A DNA stretch of 64,000 nt from Octopus vulgaris (lineage: Eukaryota). The translations under genes and the position numbers were made by a program. Below the pieces are notes generated by a model. The model was not told the origin of the DNA, did no database searches, and saw nothing but the letters and a program-made list of their open reading frames with translations. Positions 38,109 to 51,643 of the stretch are shown here, one piece after another. The stretch covers positions 47,740,001-47,804,000 of the forward strand of contig OX597817.1 in the NCBI GenBank assembly GCA_951406725.2, written 5' to 3'. Position 1 is the first letter of the stretch. The number at the start of each line of letters is the position of its first letter.

Positions 38109-39479
38109 GTCAGTATTCTTCTCCATATATTTTTGTTACCCTAATAAATCTTATTCAGCCCTTTCCTTTCAACTGTCCTTGTTCTGTCTCTTTCTCTGCC
38201 TCCACTCCTCTAATTTTTTTTTAACCATTTAGCATTTAATCCATTAGCACCCATGGTCCTTCTTTTTAGGACCGGAAGGATAACCCATCATATTTCTGCA
38301 ACACCTGTATTTTTCTGAGATATCTTTAGTTAGTCATCAAGACTGAAGTGTCTTTCAAATAATGTAATAAACATTTTTTTTTTATATATATTTAGTATCA
38401 GATAAAGTTTACTCTTTACTCTTTTACTTGTTTCAGTCATGTGACTGTGGCCATGCTGGAGCACTGATTTTAGTCGATCAAATCGACCCAGGACTTATTC
38501 TTTGTAAGCCTAGTACTTATTCTATCAGTCTCTTTTGCCGAACCGCTAAGTTACAGGGACATAAACACACTAGCATCGGTTGTTGAGCGATGTTGGGGGG
38601 ACAAACACATATGCACACACACACACACACACACACATGCGTACATATATATATACGACTGGCTTCTTTCAGTTTCGGTCTACCAAATCCACTCGCAAGG
38701 CTTTGGTCAGCCTGAGGTTATAGTAGAAGACACTTGCCCAAGGTGCCACATAGTGGGACGGAACCCAGAACCATGTGGTTGGGAAGGAAGCTACTTACTG
38801 CGCAGCCACTCCTAAAAAACTTCTTTTTTTTTTTTTTTGTAATAAATCAAAAAAAAAATTGGGGCACTACTAGGTTAAACTGGTCAATTCCAACCTGCCC
38901 GGCACATTATGTAAAGTGCTTGGCGTTAGGAAGGACATCCTGCTGTAGAAATTGTAAAAGAGAATAGTAGTCTGGACAGCTCCTTTCTCACCATCCACCC
39001 CATGCCGGCATGGAAAGCATATTAAATGATAATGATGACGGTGATGATATTCTACATGTTTTATGTTCAAATTGGCCAGATCTGGCTTCTCGTATTTAGC
39101 CTACAATGTTAATCTACAAACAAACAATCACATCAAAATCTCAAAGCTATTTGATAATTTATAATTAATTCTAAACAATGTGAATAAAACATTACATTTG
39201 ACAGTAATCTGAATGCTAATGAGTTAATTTTTCAATCCCATTTGTTACCTTTTCCTTCTTGCTTCTTTCCTCCCTGACCCCCACCTCTCTCAAATTTTAG
39301 TAATAGGTTTAAAGACCTAGATTCACGTTTCCCCCCCCACACACACACACTTTGCCAAAATTCCAAGCAACGGTCTTTTCCCTGTAACTTTGCAAAGAGA
39401 GGAGGTAATAAACCCAAGATTCCCCCTTGGTTGTCTCTGTTGTAAGAGTAGTCATGTCAGTTCTTCCTCCAATCAACAG

Positions 39480-39560
39480 GTCAATACGTATGACTACGAA
39501 ACTCTGTCGCTGGTTCTTGATGAAGCCTTCAAGATTGAGGAGAATTCCTTCCTTGATAAG
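39480..39560 (+). CDS. KNTC1: KNTC1 exon (VNTYDYETLSLVLDEAFKIEENSFLDK)
   Basis: aacag/gtgagt; YDYE motif typical of Rod proteins. Confidence 0.94.
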
Positions 39561-40348
39561 GTGAGTTCAACATTATTATAATTCTGAAGGAACTCTGCTC
39601 TTTGCTCCTTGCACAGTTGTGGTATACTTCCTTGTCTTTCTCCGCTCTCTCTCTCTTTCCATGCATACATATATATATATAGGAAAAATTGAAGTTGAAA
39701 ATGCACTGAGAATAGTTATTATATTTTTTATTATTATATTGGGGAGACCTATTGAGTCAAGTACATCAACGTCAAAATAAATATCAAATGGAAATTGTAG
39801 TTGTGATACCTGTACCGGTGGCACGTAAAAAAGCACCATCCAAACGTAGCCAATGCTAGCGCCGCCTTGACTGGCTTCTGTGCCAGTGGCACGTAAAAAG
39901 CACCAACCGATCGTGGCCGCTGCCAGCCTCCCCTGGCACCTGTGCCAGTGGCACGTAAAAAGCACCAACCGATCATGACCGCTGCCAGCCTCCCCTGGCA
40001 GATAAAAAGCACCCACTACACTCACAGACTGGTTGGCGTTAGGAAGGGCATCCAGCTGTAGAAACACTGCCAGATCAGACTAGAGCCTGGTGCAGCCTCC
40101 TGGCTTCCCAGACCCTGGTCGAACCGTCCAATGATGATGATATTTGAAGCTTTAACCGGTTTCACAGTTTACTCTGATTTTCAAAAATTTGAAATAGAAA
40201 GACGTGGCTTATGTCGCATTGTTTGGCTTCTGACAAGTGTTTGAAGCTTGTCCTGTTTTTATAGCTTGTTTGAAGCTTGCCCTAAATCTTTAAATATAAT
40301 AAAAATTACATTGACTATTTTCAGTGCATTTTCAATATCTGTTTTTCC

Positions 40349-40732
40349 TATATTTCTACTCGTGTGGAATAAAATAACTTTGTTTTATATATATCTATAA
40401 TATAAATTGGACACGGGCGATCATTGTATTTTTTCTTGTCTTGAGGTTCACAGCCAAACGGCTGGGGGGATTCGCGTGGAAAATGGCACACATGTGGAGA
40501 CGGGTGCATAGATTGGAATGCAGTTTGTATTTTTTTCCTAGCCCCCATACTCACCGAGAAAATCGATCTGACAGTGGGATGGGAGAAATTTTCATACAGC
40601 TGGAGGCTCCAATCAAAACAGGGGACCCGAAATGATATGGTTGAGAAACACTATTATAGATTATACCTAACCGAAAACGATCACATCCACATCATCCAAA
40701 CAGACTGGGTGAAACCGGGCTTAACTGCTAGT
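40349..40732 (+). mobile_element. Helitron-like element (3' end clear)
   Basis: CTGGGTGAAACCGGG hairpin followed by CTAG|T. Confidence 0.45.
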
Positions 40733-40754
40733 TTATATATATATATATATATAT

Positions 40755-41140
40755 ATAAAAATTAAATTAGAGATAAAACCACTATTATGCAAATCAAACA
40801 GTGAAAAACGTAAACCAAAACATAGAAATAAATATACAAAATATAGATATAAAATTTAAAATATTTAAATTTAAAATTTTTTATTTATATTTATAAATTT
40901 TTTTTAACTATCAAAAAGTTTAATATAATATAAGTAAATACTTATATTATATTAAATTTTTTAATACTTTTTGATATTTATAAAAAAAATAATCTATAAA
41001 TATAAATTAAAAATTTTAAATTTAAATATTTTTAATTTTATATTTTGTATATTATATTAATTATTTTTATCTTTGTTTTGGTTTGTTTTTCACTGTTTGA
41101 TTTGCCTAATAGTGGCTTTATCTCTTTAATTTATATTTAT
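40755..41140. repeat. AT-rich long imperfect palindrome (foldback-like)
   Basis: AGAGATAAAACCACTATTATGCAAATCAAACAGTGAAAAA mirrored by TTTTTCACTGTTTGATTTGCCTAATAGTGGCTTTATCTCT. Confidence 0.7.
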
Positions 41141-41820
41141 ACTGTGAAATTAGATTTAATCCTAAATCTAATTTTTCCCTGTAAGTTTGGATTTACTCCC
41201 TATTATTATTATTATCATCATCACTGGCTTCTGCACCAGTTTTGCGTAGCCCCAGCCCATTCAAAGTACCTTGGATTGCAGAACGACCTGCTGTGCTTGG
41301 GGAGACCTATTGAGTCAAGTACATGAACATCGAAATAAATATCAAACGGAAATAGTTGTGATACCTGTGCCGGTGGCACGTAAAAAGCACCATCCGAACG
41401 TGGCCAATGCCAGTGCCGCCTTGACTGGCTTCTGTGCCGGTGGCACGTAAAAAGCACCAACCGATCGTGGCCACTGCCAGCCTCCCCTGGCACCTGTGCC
41501 GGTGGAACGTAAAAAGCACCCACTACACTCACGGAGTAGTTGGCGTTGGGAAGGGCATCCAGCTGTAGAAACACTGCCAAATCAGACTGAAGCCTGGTGC
41601 AGCCTCCTGGCTTTCCAGACGCCGGTCGAACAATCCAACCCGTACTAGCATGGAAAACGGACGTTAAACGATGATGATGATATACATATACACACAACGG
41701 CAAATTCTACCCAAAGGCAAATTCCAAGTATAGCCACAATGTAATAACTGAAACAAGATGCTTCCATCTAACCATCTTCTGTCAGCAATCCAGAAAAATC
41801 TTGTATTTTTTTCATTTCAG

Positions 41821-41916
41821 TGTAAAAAAGTGCTGGACTGGTTGAAGAATTACAAGAGAGCAGCTCCCATTTCTGACTATGAACTGCATTTCTGCACAGA
41901 AGGAATTCAGGAGAAT
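41821..41916 (+). CDS. KNTC1: KNTC1 exon (CKKVLDWLKNYKRAAPISDYELHFCTEGIQEN)
   Basis: ttcag/gtaagt; resembles LKSYRRISPPVDLE. Confidence 0.93.
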
Positions 41917-41973
41917 GTAAGTCTTTTCTTTTAGGTGTTAGTTTTGATCCTTTTTATGTTAACTCTTCAGCAT

Positions 41974-42439
41974 TTAACCCTTTTGTTACTGTATTTATTT
42001 TGAGATGCTCTGTTTCTTTCAATTACTTTAAATATTACAAAGAATTTAGTAAAATTACTTAGTTATCATTCAGCTAATGTTAGGAACATAAATTGTGACT
42101 AAGGTTTGGAATATTTTAATTCAAATCTTATGAAAAAAAAAAGACATTTGTACTACAGAGGTGGTTTCAGCTGGGTTGGTATCGAAAGGGTTAAGAATTG
42201 TTTCTCTATTGTATATTTTAACCCTTTTGTTACCATATTTATTTTGAGATGCTCTGTGTTTCTTTCAATTACTTTAAATATAACAAAGATTTTAGTAAAA
42301 TTACTTAGTTATCATTCAACTAGTGTTAGGAACATAAATAGTGACTAAGGTTTGGTGGAAGATTTTAATTCAAAGCTTATGAAAACATGATGTTTGTACT
42401 CAGAGCTGGTTTCAGCCTGGTTAGTAACAAAAGGGTTAA
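41974..42439 (-). mobile_element. Dimeric piggyBac-type MITE (family C) nested in a family D MITE
   Basis: TTAA flanks; same spacer in reverse. Confidence 0.8.
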
Positions 42440-43155
42440 TCTGGCCATATCCAGTCCAAATATTCTACTTGTTGAAACAGACCAGGTCCATCTTCTCACA
42501 CCTACCCTACACTGTCATTCTAAAAATATACAAACACACTTTCGACATCTTGAAGCTACAAGGTAGGACCATTTAGCCGGTGTCTGAGGGGTGTGTGTAT
42601 GAAGCATGGGAAGATCAGGCGAAAGCTTAGAGAGAATGAACCTATGGAAAATAAAGGTACGTTGCCTTTTTTATGTGTCTGATTTGTGGAAGGAAATGCT
42701 TAAGTCATGCAGGCTGTTATTCACAACAGAACATGTGCAACCCGTGGAAAGGTGTGCCGTTCAGTTGGAGGATTAAAAAGACAGATCAGAAGACTTCATA
42801 CCGTGGTACCTGTTCACTCTGCTAGCCAGCACAGCTGTGCGTTATTGCAATAGAATGTACAAACCTTTGGCTAGGCTCAAGAGTCATACAAGGGCCTCAC
42901 ATTACATCAACAATGACTCATTTCAATGATTCTTTTTAGCAATGGCTTTGCTCAGATACAAGAAAGCAGCTAAGATATATATATATATATTTATTTTTAT
43001 TTTTCTCTCCTTGTTTCTTTCTGTGTCCCTTTCTGTAGAAGAGCGTAGGCTCGAAATGTAAAAGACTTTTTCTATTTCTGAGCGCTATACTAATACATCT
43101 GTTTGTTTGTACACCTCCTGTCTTCGTCTTTTGTTGTTTTTTTTTCGGAAACTTT

Positions 43156-43203
<48 letters not shown>

Positions 43204-43208
<5 letters not shown>

Positions 43209-43528
43209 TCAGTGGTTACAGCGTTGAGCTTACGATTGCGAGGTTGTGAGTTCGAATCGTAGACCGGGCTGCATGTTGTGTTCTTGAGCAAGACACTTCA
43301 TTTCACATTGCTCCAATTCACTCAGCTGTAGAAATGAGTTGTGGCATCACAGGTGCCAAGCTGTATTGGCTTTGCCTTTCCCTTGGATAACACTGGTGGC
43401 TTGGAGAAGGGAGACCGGTATGCATGGGCGACTGCTGGTCCTCCATAAACAACCTTGCTCAGACTTGTGCCTTGGAGGGTAACTTCCTAGGTGCAATCGC
43501 ATGGTCAGTCATGACCGAAGGGGGTTTC
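43204..43528 (+). mobile_element. tRNA-derived SINE (separate family)
   Basis: A-box TGGCTCAGTGG, B-box GTTCGAATC; related head at ~34197-34330. Confidence 0.7.
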
Positions 43529-45296
43529 AGCATATGTATATAGCAAATGGAAGAGGGAATATATGAGAATTTATTATTAATCACGTTAATTGTTCCAACA
43601 CATCTAGCATTGATTCCTCATGGGTGGGACATTCAACAATTGGTTCAGGAGCATCTGGCGGTGCAGATGTATCTTGTCAGGTCATTAATAAATAAAACTC
43701 ATTTTATATATATATATGCGCCGCCCTGACTGGCCTCCGTGCCGGTGGCACATAAAAAGCACCATCCAATCATGGCCGTTGCCAGCTTCGTCTGGTCTCC
43801 ATGCCGGTGGCACTTAAAAAGCACCATCTGATTGTAGCCATTGCCAGCCTGGTCTGGCACCTGTGCCGGTGGCATGTAAAAAGCACCCACTACACTCACG
43901 GAGTGGTTGGCATTAGGAAGGGCATCCAGCTGTAGAAACACTGCCAGATCAGACTGGGCCTGGTGCAGCCTTCTGGCTTCCCAGACCCCAGTTGAACCGT
44001 CCAACCCATGCTAGCATGGAAAGCGGACGTTAAACGATGATGATGATTGCAGTGCAGGCATGGCTAGGCAATTAAGAAGTAACTTCCTAACCTCATGGTT
44101 TCAGGTTCAGTCCCACCGCATTGCACCTTGGCCAAGAGTCTTCTATTATAGATTTGGTAGCAGAAACTGAATGAAGCCTGCCCTGCATGTTTGTTTCCTT
44201 CTCTTGACATCACATGGTACTTCTAAATGAGCTGCGTTACCCTGCACTCGGTGTCATTCATTTCCAGTACATTCTGTGGAAGCATGTCTGGCCATTGGAA
44301 AATATTACCTTGTGTGGAAATAGGCGAGGGTTGGCAACAGGAAGGGCAGCTAGCTATAGAAAATCTACCTTGGTAAAATCTGACTGGCCCTTTTTGTAAG
44401 CATGGAAAGGTGAACATTAGAACAGTGATGATATATAGATACTTTCACCAACCTATCGATCGTGGCCGTTGCCAGCCTCCCCTGGTACATAAAAAGCACC
44501 AACCGATCGTGGCCGTTGCCAGCCTCCCCTGGCACGTAAAAAGCACCCACTACACTCACGGAGTGGTTGGCGTTAGGAAGGGAATCCAGCTGTAGAAACA
44601 CTGCCAGATCAGACTGGAGCCTGGCGCAGCCTCCTGACTTCCCAGACCCTGGTCAGACCGTCCAACCGATGCTAGCATGGAAAACAGACGTTAAACAATG
44701 ATGATGATAATCTTATCTGTAAGACCCAACATCTTAAAATCTCGGCTCCCTTCTTCTAATGTCATTGATGGCTAATGATCTTTTTTGGTCTCCAGCTCTG
44801 AAATGAATGTTCAAAAAACTCATTTCGCTTTTCATCATCATCATTTAACGTCCACCTTCCATGCTAGCATGGGTTGGACGATTTTGACTGAGAGCTGGCA
44901 AACCAGACGGCCGCACCAGGCTCCAATCTTGATTTGGCAGAGTTTCTACAGCTGGATGCCCTTCCTAACGCCAACCACTCCGAGAGTGTAGTGGGTGCTT
45001 TTTACGTGCCACCAGCACAAGGCCAGTCAGAAAATGCAAATACACAACAGGCGGGTAAAAATACATAGTTGAATGTTTCTTACTGCATCTCTCTCTCTCT
45101 CTTTCTCTCTCTCTCTTTCTCTCTCTCTCCTTCTCTTTCTCTTTTTCTCTCTCCCTCTTTCTTTCTCTCTCTTTCTCCCCCCTCTCTCTCTCTCCAAGTT
45201 TGAAATTCCTGGTGTAGCGTCTTCCTCATTGATTCAAAAAGTCCATCATTGCTTCCTCCTGGGTGTTCTCTAATGTTTTCAATATCTATCCAACAG

Positions 45297-45384
45297 CTTC
45301 AATATGTTATTGAGTGCTTACCATCAAGCAGTGCAACAAGACTGGCCTTTCACTCCCTCTTTGGTGAACCTTGGCATATTATTT
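45297..45384 (+). CDS. KNTC1: KNTC1 exon (LQYVIECLPSSSATRLAFHSLFGEPWHII)
   Basis: aacag/gtaagt; resembles TRLPFH. Confidence 0.93.
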
Positions 45385-45415
45385 GTAAGTACTTTTCACT
45401 TATCTATTTAATCTT

Positions 45416-46240
45416 AAGGCAGCAAGCTGGCAGTAATGTTAGCATGCCGGGTGAAATGCTTTATGGTATTTCATCTGTCTTTACATTCTGAGTTCAAATT
45501 CCGCCGAGATCAATTTTGCCCTTTCATCCTTTCGGAGTCAATAAATAAGTACCAGTTGTGAATTGGTATCGATCTAATCGACTGGCTCCCTCCCCCAAAA
45601 TTTGGGGCCTTGTGCCAAGAGTAGAAAAGAAAATTTAATTTTAAGGCGGCAAGCTGGCAGAACCGTTAGCACACCAGGCAAAATGCTTAGCGGTATTTCA
45701 TCTGTCTTTACGTTCTGAGTTCAAATTCCGCCAAGGTCAACTTCGCCTTTCATCCTTTCAGGGTCAATAAATTAAGTACCAGTTGCATGCTGGGGTTGAT
45801 CTAATCGACTGGGCCCCTCCCCAAAAATTTCGGGCCCTGTGTCTTGAGTAGAAAAGTCACTAGCACAGTGGGCAAAATATTTAGGGGTATGTTGTCCATC
45901 TTTACATTCTGTGTTCAAATTCCGCTGAGGTCAACTTTGTCTTTCAGCCTTTCTGGCTCAATAAAATAAGAACCAGTTCAACACTGGGGCTAATGTAATC
46001 AACTTACTCCCTTCTTCAAAATTGCTGGCCTTGTGCCAAAATTTGAAAGCAGCAATTTGACAGAAGCATTAGCATACCAGGCTGAATGCTTAGTGGCATT
46101 TTATCCATCTTTACAGTCTGAGTTCAACTTTGACTTTCATCCTTTCGGGGGTTGATAAAACAGGACCAGTCTAACACCAGGATTGATGTAATCCAAATAT
46201 CCCCTCCTCTAAAATTGCTGACATTGTGCCAAAATTTGCA
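45416..46240 (+). repeat. Tandem array of about 4 family M SINE units
   Basis: Repeated ...TTCAAATTCCGCC...CCTTTCATCCTTTC...CTTGTGCC units. Confidence 0.75.
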
Positions 46241-46434
46241 GTCATTAATTCTTTGTTTTTTAATCTTGGGACTGTGGCCATGCTGGGGCACTGCCTTGGA
46301 AAGTTTAGTTGAGTAAACTGACCCCAGTTCTTTTTTTTTTTTTTTCAAGCCTGGTATTTTTCCTATAAGTATGTTTTTGCTAAGTTACAAGGACATAAAC
46401 AAACCAACTCTGGCTGTCAAGCAGTGGTGAAGGA

Positions 46435-46468
<34 letters not shown>

Positions 46469-46844
46469 ACAGGCTTCTTTTCAGCATCCATCTACCAAAT
46501 CCACTCACAAGGCTTTGGTCAGCCTGGAGATATGTTAGGTGCTGCAGAGTGGGACTGAACTCAAGATCACGTGGTTGGCCAGCAAGCTTCTTAATAACAC
46601 AGCCACACCACTGCCTATAAAGACATGACTGGCATGCTGTCAACATAGCTGCACTCCATCATCTCATTCTGACATACGTGCATATCCATGCACATGTGTG
46701 TACATGAAAATGCATTTTTCATGTTACGTTTCCTTTTTTTTTTAATGATTTTTTTTTTCTCTTTCCTACTTTTTATGCAGATTTTTGTTGTGATTGCTGA
46801 AATAATTTTTTTTAACAATTTTTTTTTTTTTTCTTTTCTCACAG

Positions 46845-46903
46845 CCAAGGAACTTGATGTCAATAACGTTCATGAATGGTTACTTCTGTCACACATCCTG
46901 AAG
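46845..46903 (+). CDS. KNTC1: KNTC1 exon (KELDVNNVHEWLLLSHILK)
   Basis: cacag/gtaatt; phases fit. Confidence 0.9.
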
Positions 46904-48186
46904 GTAATTACATCAGGTTGATCTATCCCTGAAATGCTTTTTTTTTTTTTTTTTTTTTTTTTGTACCAACCTTTTTGTTACCAACCCGGCTGAAACTGAC
47001 TTTAGCTCTTTAGTATAAATGTCTTGTTTTCATAAGTTTTGAATTCAAATCTTCCACCAAATCTTATTCACAATTTATGTTCCTAACACTAGCTCAATGA
47101 TAACCATGTTATTTTACTAAATTATTCGTTATATTTAAAATAATTGGAAGAAACACAGAGCATCTCAAAATAGATACAGTAATGAAAGGGTTAAAGTACC
47201 ACAGATTATTAGCACCAGTCACATATTGGCGCCATGTACAAGCATGCATGTTGGTGCCACATGAAAAGCAGCCAGTACACTCTATAAAATGGTTGGCATT
47301 AGGAAGGTCATCCAATCGCAAAAACCATGCCAAAACAGATATTTGAGGCCTGGTGCAGCTCTCTGGCTTACCAGCTCCTATCAAGATGTCCAACCCATGC
47401 CAGTATGGAAACTGGGTGTTCCAAGATTATGGTGATGATGATGACATAAATGGGTTATAATAATCAACTGCAGTATGATAGACTTAGTCCATTAATCTGG
47501 TTTAACACCATCACTGGTCATCTTTGATAGATGCCTTCAATAGAATCTCCTTCGCTGCAAGCAGTCAGGCCAAGTCTCCCTCTCTCTCACTCTCACCAGA
47601 TTTAGGCACCCAATTACAAGTCATTGGCCATGCTGGAGCACCACCTTTAGTTGCACAAATCGACCCCAGGTCTTTTTCCTTGTAAGCCTAGTATTCTTTC
47701 TGTTGGTCTCTTTTGCCAAACTGCTAAGTTACAGGGATGTAAACACACTAGTATTGGTTGTCAAGCAATGGTGGAGAGGACAAATACAAACATACACAAA
47801 CATCATCATCATCGTTTAGCGTCCGTTTTCCATGCTAGCATGGGTTGGACAGTTTAACTGGGGTCTGGGAAACCAGAAGGCTGTGCCAGGCCCAGTCTGA
47901 TCTGGCAGTGTTTCTACGGCTGGATGCCCTTCCTAACGCCAACCACATATATATAAATAATATATAAATATATGCATATAAACATACATATGTACATACC
48001 TACATATATATGTATATATATATATGGGTACAGGACATCAAAAAAACGTTGAACGCAATGAGAAATGAAAACATTGAAACAAACATTTTTTTCAGACAAC
48101 GAAAAAAGACAGAGAAACGAGACATACAACATAAAGAATATTCCCCTTCTTCAGTTGTCCCTGCTTCAACTACTCCACGTTTCAAA

Positions 48187-48218
<32 letters not shown>

Positions 48219-48697
48219 CTGTGGACTTCTTCCACTTTCCATCTACCAAATCCACTCACAAGGCTTTGGTCGACCTGAGGCTATAGTAGAAGATACTTGC
48301 CCAAGGTGCATGCAGTGGGGCTGGACCCGAAACCATACGCTCCGATGCTGGTGCTGCATAAGAGCACCCAGTACACTCTGTAAAGTGGTTGGCGTTAGGA
48401 AGGGCGTCCACATGTAGAAATCATGCCAAAACAGACATGGAGTCTGACCAACACCTGTCAAACTATCCAACCCATGCCAGCATGGAAAACAGGCGTTAAA
48501 TGATGTTGATGATGTAAATTAAAACCTTGCGTCAAAATTTTCATCCAGATTTATGTCCATAACACCAACTTAATAACCATATTATTTTCCTAATTTCTTC
48601 GTTATTTTCAAAATTAATTGGAACAAAGGCAGCGTATTCCAATTGAAATTTGGTAACAAAAGAGTTAATGATTTTCTTTGATTCCATCTCATTTCAG

Positions 48698-48926
48698 CTC
48701 TCCCCAGACCAATTGCATGCAGTTGCCCTTCAAAACACCATCAAGGTTTATGTGTCATCTTTAGGGGACAGCAAAAATGCCAATACTCTCAAGGAGAAGA
48801 GTAGATGGGATCCTGATGAAATAAACAAAGCCATGATGGACACAGTTAAAAATATTCTTACAAAAATTCAAGACTTGGAATCCACCTCAGCCCTAGCTAC
48901 CTACATCATGAAAGAACTGCCTATTG
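48698..48926 (+). CDS. KNTC1: KNTC1 exon (LSPDQLHAVALQNTIK...ALATYIMKELPI)
   Basis: ttcag/gtacgt; phases fit. Confidence 0.92.
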
Positions 48927-50390
48927 GTACGTTGAATCTTCCACTCCTCATATCTTATAATATCAAAGATCTTCCGGCTTCCATGCCAGTGGCACTTAAA
49001 AGGCACCATTTGAGCGTGATTGTTACCAGCATCGCATTACTGGCACTCAAGCCCCGTGCTAGTAGGGAATTAAGAGCACCATCCGAGTGTGATTGTTGCC
49101 AGAGCGGCTATCTGGCCTCCGTGCCAGTGGCATGTAAAAGACACCATTCGAGCGTGATCATTACCAGCATCACCTTACTGGCACCTGTGCCGGTGGCATG
49201 TGTAAAAGATTCGAGCACGGTCGTTGCCAGTGCCGCCTGACTGGCCCCTGTGCCGGTGGCACATAAAAGCACCCACTACACTCTCGGAGTGGTTGGCATT
49301 AGGAAGGGCATCCAGCTGTTGAAACTCTGCCAGATCAAGATTGAAGCCAGGTGCAGCCATCTAGTTCACCAGCCCTCAGTCATGGAAAGCAGACATTAAA
49401 CGATGATGATGATGATGATCTTCATCATCTCTTTCGTCCCCAATTGGGGTAACTATGTATGTCCCCTATTTCTGTTCCTCTGTTACACTTAACCAGCAGT
49501 AAACCACCTCCCTCAATACTACTCCTCCCTGCCTCTCTGTTGAAGGTCTTGTTTTGCAAGTTACTAAGTAACATCACCAAGGCCAGTACCATGTGCAAAG
49601 AACCTGGTGCATTATGTAAGGTGTTGGCATTAGGAAGGGCATCCAGCTTTTAGAAGCAATGCCAAAGCAAACTGGAGCTTGGCATGGTCTCTGGCATACC
49701 AGCTCCTGTCAAACCATCCAGCCCATTGCTAGCATAGAAAACAGGCATAAAATGGTATCACCCTACCAATGTGTATTACTTTAAATTCAATTTAAATTAA
49801 ATACTTTTAAGTTTGCAAGTGGCACGTAAAATGCACCATCCGAATGTGGCCGTTTGCGAGCCTCGTCTGGCACCTGTGCCGGTGGCACATAAAAAGCACC
49901 CACTACACTCAGAGTGGTTGGCTTTAGGAAGGGCATCCAGCTGTAGAAACACTGCCAGATCAGACTGGGTCTGGTGCAGCCTTCTGGCTTCCCAGACCCC
50001 AGTTGAACCGTCCAACCCATGCTAGCATGGAAAGCGGACGTTAAACGATGATGAGTTCTTATAGAATTTGAATTTTCAACCATTAGCATATAACAAATCC
50101 TCATACAGACCTGATCCCAATACTGGATATTCAAGAACCAAATGAAGGGCAGATTTTCAGTCCCAAGATCATTCTGATTCCAAAAAGGTATAATATGTCT
50201 ATATAGAGCAAATACAGACTGAGATGCGTGGGTCCTGGATGGACAGTCAAACAGAATTCTGCCTTTATTTTTATAGATATTGATAAGTGTTATTAATCAT
50301 TGGTGTTTAAACTCTTACTAACAAAATTTCAAGTGTGCACATAATCTAAATCCTAAAATGTTAATGATCTTTGTCCTTCCATCTTTCCAG

Positions 50391-50461
50391 GGGCTGAGAA
50401 AGTATTGGCTCTCAAGTTCTGTGTTTCTTTTACTGAGGAATGGCTTCAGGCAGAAAAAGAT
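50391..50461 (+). CDS. KNTC1: KNTC1 exon (AEKVLALKFCVSFTEEWLQAEKD)
   Basis: tccag/gtaagg; resembles ALKFCLYLAERWLQ. Confidence 0.94.
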
Positions 50462-51438
50462 GTAAGGTTCTTCATTATTCACTCTTTATTTTTTAACATT
50501 CTTAGCTCCATAAGTTGTATTCGAAGGTAATTAGGATTCTATTTGCTGTTCTCGTGTGGCAGTGGCTATTGCGTTCTCCCATGTGTGTTAACTCATTTGA
50601 TACCAACCTGCCTAAGGCCATGCCTGGTTTATGATACAAACATACTGTTTTAAAGTGACTTGATCCTTTAGCCTTTAGACTGGCCAGATCAGGCCTCTCA
50701 CATCAACCCTACAATACCATTCTAAAAATTAAGTTACCTCATCAAAATCTCAAAGCTACAAAATAATGTATGAATAATTGAAAAAAGCCCCCACTAATGA
50801 AGTGAGTTCATGGCTCGCAGGACGGCCTGTTGTGCTAACCTTGGATCATAGGGTGACCTGCTGTGCTTGAGGAGACCTATTGAGTCAAGTATATCTACAT
50901 CAAAATAAATATCAATGGAAATTGTTGTTGTGATACTTGTGCAGGTAGCACGTAAAAAGCACCATCCGAACGTGGCTGATGCCAGCACCGCCTCGACTGG
51001 CATCCATGCCAGTGACACATAAAAAGCACCAACTAATCGTGGCAGTTTGCCGGCCTCTTCTGGCCCCTGTGCCGGTGGAACGTAAAAAGCACTCATGCTC
51101 ACGGAGCAATTGGCGTTAGGAAGGACATCCCGCTGTAGAAACACTGCCAGATCAGGCTGGAGCCTGGTGCAGCCTCTTGGCTTCCCAGACCCCGGTCGAA
51201 CCGTCCAGCACATGCTAGCATGGAAAACGGACGTTAAACGATGATGATAAATGTGAATTACATTTGATAGGGTAATCTGAATGCTAAAGGGTTCCAGACC
51301 CCAGATTAATTATGACAAAATTATTTTATCAACTTGATTTACATAATCAATTGAAACAAATTTGGTGCGTTTTAATAGAAATTTGGATAATAAAAGGGTT
51401 AAATTAATGTACTCGTGTTTTTTTTCTTTTTCTTTTAG

Positions 51439-51643
51439 CCCTCAAATTACAAGAAGGCCAAAACTGCTTACCTCAAATTTAAGAGTCTCTATGAAAGATT
51501 AGCCAATAAACAAGTGTTGTTCCTCTACAAACTGGCCACCCCTGAATTACTTGATTTGTGCTGTGAACCTGAGAAGTTGATAACTGAACTCTATCAACAT
51601 CCATCGATTTTGGACTCTACTTTACCTGAGCATCTACGTCCTG
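51439..51643 (+). CDS. KNTC1: KNTC1 exon (PSNYKKAKTAYLKFKSLYERLA...LITELYQHPSILD...RP)
   Basis: tttag/gtaggt; LYxHPSI motif. Confidence 0.94.

Noticed and set aside
43204-43275. True tRNA gene
   Set aside because: Has A and B boxes but no good acceptor stem, and runs into a SINE body.
48650-49240. 196-aa ORF as a standalone gene
   Set aside because: It is KNTC1 exon 48698-48926 reading through its donor into a SINE B copy.
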